From IMG/VR virus record IMGVR_UViG_3300025112_000051, positions 1 through 40,510 of that record: DNA of 40,510 nucleotides; one strand, given 5' to 3'. The notes beneath the pieces were generated by a model that was not told the origin of the DNA, did no database searches, and saw only the letters and a list, made by a program, of their open reading frames with translations. The position numbers were made by a program, and so were the translations under genes. Shown one piece after another: positions 18,501-24,191 of this stretch. The stretch comes from a virus. Taxonomy: Duplodnaviria; Caudoviricetes. Each line of letters begins with the position of its first letter. Position 1 is the stretch's first letter.

Positions 18501-21500
18501 ACGCGCCAAACCAGTTCTTGAAGAACCGACTCTCAAGCGGGCTACGGTCTTCACTCAGGATCTTCTCATAAATCTCGCGAGCTTCAGCAATCTCGTCAGC
18601 CGATGTGGCACCAGCCGCTGCGGCGTCTACCTCATCAGCTTGGAGCAGAAGCCTCTCAGGACCTACCCTTTCTGCAGCTGCTCTCGCACGCGCTCCAAAT
18701 GTTCGTTCAACCCCCGGTCGAGGTCGAAGGTCTGCGTCTCCGGGTTCCAATCGGAAGGTGTGCTCGATGCCGTATCCTTCAAGAACTGCAGGTACTCGCT
18801 GTTGGAACTCTTCGCTGTAGAGTTCTGCCCACTTGTAGTCGAGGTCTTTTCCGACATACTTCTCTCCTTGTGCACTCAGCTCATGTATGCGCTCAGACGC
18901 GCGCCTGGCAGAGCCGTCAACGGCTGCCTTGACTGCGTCTTTGTACTCACGAGATCGTTGACGTACTGCCGCAGGGATGTTGCCCCACGACCCATACTTC
19001 TCCAGTAGGACAGCGTCTGACAGCTCGCCAAAGCCATCGGGCACGTCCAGTATCCACACGCCGCCGTCTGGGCGCGTTGCGCGCATCTGACGAGCATCGA
19101 GGCGAGTGCCATAGATGACATCGGCGCCAGACAGCGCACTGCCGTTGGGGTGGTTGTGCGTGAACCCAAGACCAGGCGCCTTCATCATGCGCTGGGTCTC
19201 TGCGGTGGTGAACGACACGTAGTTGGGTGCATTCGAGGTCGCTCGGATGACGTGTACACCATCTTCGGTGTGCGCCATGGCGTACTCGACACCGAGACGA
19301 CGGATGGCATCCTCAGCAACCGACAACGGCTGACCCAGCAGCAGCGGGCCGACACGAGTGGCGCTCTTGTCGAAGTCGGACTTGGTGATCTTGCCCGCCG
19401 CTACCAGCTTGTCGATGGCGGCTGCTGCAGCATCCACGGGGTCTGCTGCGGCTCCCAATACCTTGTCAGCCTCATCTACCGCTTCCCACTTACCTTCGGC
19501 CTTACGAAGCTCAATCCCCTCGGGTAGCGATGCCCGCGCTACTGCCTCATGGTCGTAGTCAAGCGCGTCGCCCCGCCGAATGTGGCGCTCAGCAAACTCT
19601 TCCATGCCGGCAATCTGAGTGCGCCAACCCGGCCAGTCAGCCGGCGCTGCGCTGTTCTCTATCGCCCACGCACGCGCACGAGCATCCATCAAAGCAGACA
19701 AAGCCTGTGCGCGCTCGCGAGAGATCCCCTGGGTTGCCTTGAGTAGCGCCTTGGTAAACAGACGTGCCTCTGCCGAGAGGTCAGGCACCTTCATCGCCTC
19801 TTTTATGCTTGCCCTGATCTGGAGCGGAGGCGGCTCGATCTTCGCCAGCCCATAGAGTTCCTCGCGCAGCAGCAGAGACGCTGCTGCCCGTGACTCGTTG
19901 TTCATCTTGACTGCTTCCTCAGTGCGGTCGAGCGCCTTGAGCCACTCGGCAGTCTTGCCCGCTTGGCCCTTGATCAGCTTCGGCGCGGCTGCAAGTGACT
20001 TATGCACGACCGCACGAGCCTTGTTGATCTCCTTCAGCCTCGCTACCTCATCGACGGCGCCGGCTGCTTCTGCCGCAGCCAGCTCAGCCTTGATGCTGGG
20101 CAGTGTGCTCAGCTTGTACATCTCTGCGCCTTCACCCTCAACCCACTTCGCTTTCCACGCTCCTGGGTTCTTGATCAGCTCAAGGAGGCTCTCAGGGGCA
20201 AAGGCGGCCTCAATGAGCTGGCGCACCTCCAGTGCTCCGTCATCTCCAGCAGCACGGCCAGCGGCCACGATTGCGCTTTGCTTCGGCTTGACCAGGTCAC
20301 CCTGTATGAGAGGCATGTCGATGTAGTCACCAGCCTCTATGGCTCGGCGTTCCTGCGCAATCCGATCCAGATGACGCTGCGTGCCGTACAGCTCAGCGTA
20401 GTCACCCGCGATGGTCTGGCTGGTCTTCTCGCCCTTTACCCGAGGACGCAGCAGATCCTTGCGCACGCTGGCGTGGAGGTTGAGCTTTGAGTCGCGCAGG
20501 TCACCCGGCAGCTGATTGGACAGCCGAACGCTGAAGATGTCTGGGTTCGCATTCGCCAGGTTGCCTGCTACCTGTGCATCCTTGATGTCCAAGTTGTCGG
20601 CTATACGACCGTGGTTGCTGCGCAGCGCCGACTCAGCAGCAGCGGCTTCGCCATGACCCGCAACACCGCCCGTTGCGCGACCGATTGCCGCGTCAGCCGT
20701 AATCGCACCGATGCGGCGTGCCCGACTGGCGTGAATGGGCCTCGCGGCGAGCTTCGCCGCACCAGCTGCGCCAAGCAGCACGTCGGGGAACAGCACTGCC
20801 GCGCCGAAGCCGGCCAGACCAGCAGCAATGCGCGCGGCGGTACCCATACCCTCAGTCGCCTCTATTGAGGCTGTGAAGAAGTCCTTGCGCTCTGCAATGC
20901 CCTTCACTGCGCTGTAGCTGTCCAGCTCCCCATGGTACAGGTCGCTCGCGATGCCCACTGCAATCGCCTGCGGCACATCAAACATCTCGAAGGCGTAGGA
21001 GAGACCGCTTTGCTGCCGCAGCACTGCCTTGTTGTCCGCGTTGATACCAACGACCTCGACGGTGGGCATCATCGCCTGAGCGAGGCTGACCTCCTTCTCA
21101 TTCAGCGAGGCGTATGGCAGGAAGGTTGCACCAGTCCACGCACCAACGGTCTTGGCCAGCGCCATCTTGTACACAGACTGCTGACGGTACGCATTGCGTC
21201 GACGCTCCCGCTCCTTGCCGCTCAGCGTGTCCCACTCTAAGTCGCGGTTGATCAGCGCCTCGGTGTAGTCCTCTACGAACTCGTAGCCAGAGACCAGCTT
21301 GTTCTTGTTCAAGTCGACAAGATGAGCCAGGTCGGAGTCACCCTCAACGGCCTCCTCCCATATCTCAAACGCCGTCCGACCGGCGATCCCCTCACCGGGC
21401 TTGACGACCTCTTTCGCTTCAGCTGGGTCTGACTGGAACCACGCACGCTCCTCTGACCAGACATACCCCTTGTTCTGAGGTTCACGCAGCCACGCGGGTA

Positions 21501-22128
21501 TGTCCTCTCCACGCTCCTCATAGCGCTCGACAGCCTTCTTCCGCACCATCTCTCGCTGAGTCGCCAACTCCCGCGCCTTCGGCCCAGCAAACTCGGACAC
21601 ACCACGCTTCTTTGCTTCCTCGATGACCTCAGTAGGATCCCGACCGCGCCGCCCGACCTCCTTGATCATGTAGTCGATGTCGACACCACGCGCCTTGACG
21701 GCTGCCTTGAACTCGTTGGGCTGCAGCCCCAACTCCCGGCTGTGGAAGATGACCACCTCGGGGATGGATCGCGGAGCCGTGATACCCGGCTGCGGCCTCT
21801 CCTCTGGGCGCTCTATCTGCCGCTCGTATGCGGCCTTCAGCTTGTCGAGAAACTCCTCCACCTTGGTGTCAGGGGGCCCAGGGGGCCCAGGTGTCTCAAG
21901 GGTAGGCGCCTTGGGTAGTGGCGCTACCTCTACCGGCTCAGGTGCCGATGGCGGCATGAACTGTGGCGCCGCTATACGTGGGGCAGTGGGTATCTCGGCT
22001 CTGCCCACGACACCGAATACACCCTGCTGCTCAAGCTCATCCGCCTTTGTACGAGCCTCTTCAGCCGACATGCCTCTCGCAAGGCGACGTTCGATGTACT
22101 GCTGCTTTTCTTCGGCGGGAGTGGCCAC
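9523..22128 (-). CDS. Giant polyvalent internal virion/ejection protein (4201 aa)
   Basis: Last gene of the ejection block. Contains JAMM motif (E...HNHP...SGAD), ART-PolyVal-like segment (FKNWFGASKVVD...VVYHGS...PTQIKS), EEIQSD/DAPF domain, two HExxH zincin motifs (HELWH aa 2714, HEIGH aa 2985) and a helical C-terminus (MPFWAFQKN) typical of large ejection proteins. Confidence 0.8.
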   Translation of the reverse strand: MATPAEEKQQYIERRLARGMSAEEARTKADELEQQGVFGVVGRAEIPTAPRIAAPQFMPPSAPEPVEVAPLPKAPTLETPGPPGPPDTKVEEFLDKLKAAYERQIERPEERPQPGITAPRSIPEVVIFHSRELGLQPNEFKAAVKARGVDIDYMIKEVGRRGRDPTEVIEEAKKRGVSEFAGPKARELATQREMVRKKAVERYEERGEDIPAWLREPQNKGYVWSEERAWFQSDPAEAKEVVKPGEGIAGRTAFEIWEEAVEGDSDLAHLVDLNKNKLVSGYEFVEDYTEALINRDLEWDTLSGKERERRRNAYRQQSVYKMALAKTVGAWTGATFLPYASLNEKEVSLAQAMMPTVEVVGINADNKAVLRQQSGLSYAFEMFDVPQAIAVGIASDLYHGELDSYSAVKGIAERKDFFTASIEATEGMGTAARIAAGLAGFGAAVLFPDVLLGAAGAAKLAARPIHASRARRIGAITADAAIGRATGGVAGHGEAAAAESALRSNHGRIADNLDIKDAQVAGNLANANPDIFSVRLSNQLPGDLRDSKLNLHASVRKDLLRPRVKGEKTSQTIAGDYAELYGTQRHLDRIAQERRAIEAGDYIDMPLIQGDLVKPKQSAIVAAGRAAGDDGALEVRQLIEAAFAPESLLELIKNPGAWKAKWVEGEGAEMYKLSTLPSIKAELAAAEAAGAVDEVARLKEINKARAVVHKSLAAAPKLIKGQAGKTAEWLKALDRTEEAVKMNNESRAAASLLLREELYGLAKIEPPPLQIRASIKEAMKVPDLSAEARLFTKALLKATQGISRERAQALSALMDARARAWAIENSAAPADWPGWRTQIAGMEEFAERHIRRGDALDYDHEAVARASLPEGIELRKAEGKWEAVDEADKVLGAAADPVDAAAAAIDKLVAAGKITKSDFDKSATRVGPLLLGQPLSVAEDAIRRLGVEYAMAHTEDGVHVIRATSNAPNYVSFTTAETQRMMKAPGLGFTHNHPNGSALSGADVIYGTRLDARQMRATRPDGGVWILDVPDGFGELSDAVLLEKYGSWGNIPAAVRQRSREYKDAVKAAVDGSARRASERIHELSAQGEKYVGKDLDYKWAELYSEEFQQRVPAVLEGYGIEHTFRLEPGDADLRPRPGVERTFGARARAAAERVGPERLLLQADEVDAAAAGATSADEIAEAREIYEKILSEDRSPLESRFFKNWFGASKVVDEAGEPLVVYHGSDTPNLEEFRHEKAGGLFWFTPRRGTAENYSLSRLGVDTRTEAGWEEAVELGVLDDVAKNFVTEGYLSLKNPLDLRDTSAYRIIADIDPEFGAAHMTKEGRRLVDRIIKAAKDIDAGIGSKMYFWRLTKDESWLNAWANTVVPQLEMRGYDGLIMVDAADTGLAYAAFKPTQIKSKLNVGTFDPDDPRILFQKTAAGTEAAVKGEDPIFYSELEKVVEGLNDVYQAQPASVSVSKALAKKRRKARRRGEAVTEVAEPIPILYTKKSKAVQRGEAKVGDPVIDPVTGEPRLTYRHEGVKIPARSLKDVVLEAVRVGAKEEEIKWTNLEEFLDDLMAQGQHSVTRDELLGHLKNNRVVVEETSMGVLPPALKAAKAKADEAYEPVQDGIRKWARKMTEDHQMPFDGTEVHRVKTDPEYIWRDVYERLREVDNESKRWTSTGWSTVPLSRRLPPRRVPQAIQEEFAEIGKVIEGWQREGIASTLAGSWRTPQEMLDRLPRMAQELADDILSPDVAAEYERSKSFLEARGRHLDPDAFEVRVPDEHTVLDYETPTTVGGLIPPGTKAVSATDHVVIVPDEYLEAAKRAAAILDEYSHAIKLHAELRDLASVPGMFRTTKALADSPEFVKWKKVEAAAGDLEDSLNLKAPMFKNWTLGDGGENYREVLVTFKSKAPEILADPDVDKLKNYRRGFEGSAAHDVYKALRDKVYTRYGVPADVDSDDWFEGLRAQTFTEAQGSHWDTPNVLVHIRATDRVAEDGRKILYVEEIQSDLHQKGRQRGYRSDAEKKLVPFEAALVRLEQETKLLRDWHKAHPHTDSVRLGQRLQYDDDLFKDRLALDDVVGDARQAKIDALPPRMRKAWDDYTEWEKARYAFYEEGNKRVSEHGRFINRTPVQDAQADVVNAGDQVGLRLTATMEGTGADIVPGFNYSNRSTLLWVEELRRYARANQGRNAIPDAPFKDTKAWAGLAVKRIMQIAVDEGYAGIAFPTGAIASKVVSMPLDAAQEFYDTILPSVVKEHTRAPLREAWFDDGVSANGAEVPFVDLKPQVAERVGGPQVLFQKQAVEALTAEAEAEGIDKLRRSIQNLPEDAKEAHDAFQKQFGTLFGTYRSATGYGAESLYTSGDWLAHTNAESLQKTLANVAAGSASPEQYRLLKYLYDNPNELAKVTEHTDSRSTYMLFWDIRWLTKAKTEAIIDGYAAAQRYGIRGVTVDDILSGRFMDTLEKAGGSPVSAGAARRWDSIRRELKKSQKTLDDAGVDFTYKYEAPSRVMIVNTLIGRYGDSLFRAATEGTPPPPPPNLEIFLTPARKQDLPRKGAGYDTFGAGAEEDYARFIAEGDRSITLERLFEGVEAVPPRPAMGVTEPADVGKFVESPAGTPKKALKWYERAAARKRGRGQILRQTLRTRDKLGKAWKTDSGIATIPDHEYGIVKEFVAMVGTKRLENIAFAIEPKIRTGMMLNEPLGLYFFGRDIVGISHSAIASGRFVDTTIHELWHGLSQFLPDSTVKDLYKQFARERGQFMRTNPDAFDRAGKLIDINMAKNQSTYRFSSFDEWVVEKMKDLSIQDASRRLFAKGKGVDPTDLPYAKPWQQALRALADLVRSHYNQIKAIFGRDVARQTYNDFMRSKYTDQVRSSPLADVIKITPEDEAAAAARWSEYLDALDAEEGVLAAAVRMSDETEQFLGAMVTGPAETITPQEFRALASEAVGARAPETPAATAAKADSRVLHQFDEDVAKAAIEFVEDGDAIIYAFEKADVSSIVHEIGHLFRRDLDNADMGIVTSWLKTQHGLEVGHDFGKFTATSDDIIVQAEELFARAFERYIAEGQAPVPRLAQVFERLKEWMVEIYKVIAGSEIDVKMTVEVKSVFDRLLRDMPTQEAGLPRVNKFIRDQILGVKREKTVSAFAFLVDEARRIGMPKVTIEDLQRQFDDTGKVVLPAPVEGQTEWSRAALGRLQADLENRQLAAEAMQEPGLAIRSAADSVKEETASERIDNWVHKQKGVRGAIGQFAKAIVLGGDADGALRELPPAIRRAINAGGRKVEEAIGNAVTILGELDRDKMLKFLSGEIVEFKQGRQAYASGFNAVTEVAVSLSRTLNTPAMQKQHSALRALAAYVEEARKSGTSMGEALSKLPDKAVATGPLKELEFPKAMLDDAVQKLIYDASGEDNIIVGIREGLQVAPKAGADALGRRVSPPAQVYETVEVLTYFAGLTMRDGKLYEGSAYNLADVVLGDVERVWGKPQSNRISLLIAGHGHAHAARRMWVQMGLAVDQEVQQAFLKWVNGEQVPLEMLPKVQAVVQRYGMNPRFLEQKILDTPYYLPEQARKRLGDALARAGDIRTKIQLHTSEQEMHGIFGWTLRYIKKVMTRGGFVTRPRYFLMNTFDHFNQMSMIVGFRPAAASTARMVAQNFLTIPGVAQFIRALEEVGVANPQAVERVRRSLQRHGDKASQLLSGSKYRIDVNAILEGHEGVIRVGDRVYSYRRLREMAVEEGIFASFDTTQLKKAVDSATPAAFKKQDPRRVGAGLLKLTEDVAETWAERERLGAMITLVEMGYPPRKAARFTIKALYDYAGSMSKMDRAWWVSLIMPFWAFQKNANRQILDAMLSPRVAYRMGVIRRAEELGPEAVTQILYDFVAEPYGVDVDALPDEAQDNYYVLRKLVEDHYEGPHKVPRDARLALRMLFAERQMGIYAGKYVELDHLLQKADRLTHLKTGAAAIPFPDPSAKGGWVRERPSAAVTLPRTEAVQAFMNYINATQTDYAWTEVMLPESTIHAGMRHLAGYAAFLITMSELGVEAGHNLMADEFDPLANPAWAGTVDPVASLHTIVQPERSPITAQVLDVWLKSPESRRAVRVTPYIADLLDYLGWDVAKYEGVEDPIWAQIEEKRGVDPAEAGVVPTRYYVSPGIMSFALENSPLGELNKLLKQWEISPLERTHWSGEILRWARGLSGLQTTEVHRPKAVRGEEPRFEYMGKRPPMR

Positions 22129-22130
22129 GA

Positions 22131-23648
22131 TTACTCCGTGATTGCCGCGCGTGCTAACCGCGCTGAACGTGCTGACTCTCGCAGCGTCTTCTTCACCTCG
22201 GCCAAGTTAGCTTCATTGAAGTCGAGACCACCCATGAGCTGCTTCATCTCGTCATAGGCGCTCACAACACTTGGCGATGGCGCATGCCGTTGTAGCAGCG
22301 AGCCAGCCCGGATCGGTAGTGGCTCGCCAGACGGTGCAGGACCGCCGAGTACTCTTGCCAGATCATCGAGTGAACGGATCTCCCGGTAGCCTCTCAGTTG
22401 CTCCTCAAGCACGTTGATTCGCCGCAGCTTTCCCGCTGCCGCCGAATCGATACCAGGGCCGGGGCTGGCTGGGCTTGGCTCGTGTCGCTGACTCGGTGGT
22501 GGAGCTTCAACGGCAGCCGGTGCTGTAGCGGTTGCACGGGCTGCGTAGATCCTGATCTTGTCAACGTCTGACTGGATCGGAGGTGGCAGCTTCTGGGGTA
22601 TGGTCCCTGGGGCCTGATATGCGCCAAGCGACCTTGTCAGCATGGTCTCAGCGCGCTGCTCCAAGTCATCAAGCGCTACAATCTGGCGCTGCAACTTGTG
22701 GTACTCAACATCAGCCGGAGTAGGCTCAGCGCGCCTCGATATCCCTTGAGGTCCAACAGCAGGCCGTGCGCCCAACTCCAGCGTCTTCTCGATCTGGCGT
22801 TGCAGGTCGTCGCGCACATGGCGCAGCGCCGCCAAGCGACCCTCTACCTTCTCGATGACTATCCCTTGTGCTTCGGCAGATGTCGCTGCTGCAGGCACGC
22901 GAGGTATTGTCTCAACTTCGCGCCTGGCAGCCTCTTCCGCCTCGCGCATCTGACCAACCAGGTCAAGGCGACGCATCCTCTCATACTCGCCAACTGGTGG
23001 CTTGACTCCCTCTTCAGCAATCAGCTCAGCCTCTGTGCGCTGCCCTGGAAACCCTCTAATGCCGATTCCAGGCAGTGCAGCTTCCCGCGAGACTCCTGGC
23101 AGCTCTCTACGTGCGGCTATCACCTCTTCCTCGTAGGGACCGAATCTGTGAACACGAGTCCCGCGACCAGCTTCCTTCGCGCGAGCCAGAGCCAGCTCTG
23201 GGTATTCTTCTGGCTCCATACCCAAGGTCTTGAGCAGCTCGTACTGACTGCGCAACGACTTTGCGACTGGCCGCTCTGGAGGCAGCCCCGCCGCTTGCTC
23301 TGTCGCCTGACGCGCGATTACCGCTTGCCGAAGAAGGTCACGCTTCTGAGCCTCATCAGTAAGGCTACGTTGTAAGCGCCTTTCACGAATATCATCCATT
23401 GACGGCCGCACCGGTGGTGGTGTTGCAGACGCCACCTCTGCCGCTGCCGCTGCCGCTGCCGCTGGCTCTGCTGGCGGTGCGCCCGCTGGTGTACCCGCTG
23501 TTGTACCCCCCGTTCTCCGCGGGGCCTTTGGCGGTGGCGCCTTCTCTGCAAGCGGCGACAGACCGAGACCCCTACGTCTCTTTGCCTCAGCCGCTGCTGC
23601 ATTCTCGGCAACCTTTCTCGTCACCAGGTCTTCGACAGCGGTACTCAT
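22131..23648 (-). CDS. Internal virion/ejection protein, Ala/Pro/Arg/Glu-rich
   Basis: 505-aa ORF with GAGGTG RBS, low-complexity and coiled-coil segments, located in the ejection block. Confidence 0.55.
   Translation of the reverse strand: MSTAVEDLVTRKVAENAAAAEAKRRRGLGLSPLAEKAPPPKAPRRTGGTTAGTPAGAPPAEPAAAAAAAAEVASATPPPVRPSMDDIRERRLQRSLTDEAQKRDLLRQAVIARQATEQAAGLPPERPVAKSLRSQYELLKTLGMEPEEYPELALARAKEAGRGTRVHRFGPYEEEVIAARRELPGVSREAALPGIGIRGFPGQRTEAELIAEEGVKPPVGEYERMRRLDLVGQMREAEEAARREVETIPRVPAAATSAEAQGIVIEKVEGRLAALRHVRDDLQRQIEKTLELGARPAVGPQGISRRAEPTPADVEYHKLQRQIVALDDLEQRAETMLTRSLGAYQAPGTIPQKLPPPIQSDVDKIRIYAARATATAPAAVEAPPPSQRHEPSPASPGPGIDSAAAGKLRRINVLEEQLRGYREIRSLDDLARVLGGPAPSGEPLPIRAGSLLQRHAPSPSVVSAYDEMKQLMGGLDFNEANLAEVKKTLRESARSARLARAAITE
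23440..23463. repeat. (GCCGCT)4 in-frame microsatellite
   Basis: Encodes the poly-Ala run of the 505-aa protein. Confidence 0.7.
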
Positions 23649-23651
23649 CAG

Positions 23652-24191
23652 TCACCTCACCTTGATCGGGGTAGCCGGCTGACCAAACTGTACGCTGGAG
23701 ACATCATCGGCTCCGCGCGCCTTTGTCGCTTGCTGGCGTCCCTCCTGACGTCGGGCTTGCACACGTTGTATGACCTCAGCGCGTGTGTCTGCCTCGCCGA
23801 AGGCGCTGGTACCCACCTGCTCAGCTGCGACTGAGCGCGCCTTGCGGCTGGTGGGCTTGTAAACCCTACTGCGCTTCTCACCCTCAACTCGATACGCCTC
23901 CTCGCCGGGGAATCTCTGCTCAATCTTCTTTTCTCGGCTGGTCAACCGCGCCTCAGCCTGCTTCTCGCGCTCCTCTGGCGACGGAGCTTGTGCCTGAGTC
24001 CGCTCAGACAGCGCCTGAAGCTGCCGCGTTCGCAGATCCTTTTGCTCCGCTCGTAGATCCTTCGCCTCCTCGCGCGCCGCCTCCTCTGACGCTCGCACCT
24101 GAGCCATAGATCGCGCTGTGCCGGCAGCCGCCAGCTGAGCCCGCTGACGGGCAAGCTCCAGCTGAGACAGTGGTGGTAGTGAACCGGCCAT
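23652..24191 (-). CDS. Charged helical internal virion protein
   Basis: 179 aa Arg/Glu/Gln/Ala-rich; TAATG overlap with the upstream gene; GAGGT RBS. Confidence 0.55.
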   Translation of the reverse strand: MAGSLPPLSQLELARQRAQLAAAGTARSMAQVRASEEAAREEAKDLRAEQKDLRTRQLQALSERTQAQAPSPEEREKQAEARLTSREKKIEQRFPGEEAYRVEGEKRSRVYKPTSRKARSVAAEQVGTSAFGEADTRAEVIQRVQARRQEGRQQATKARGADDVSSVQFGQPATPIKVR

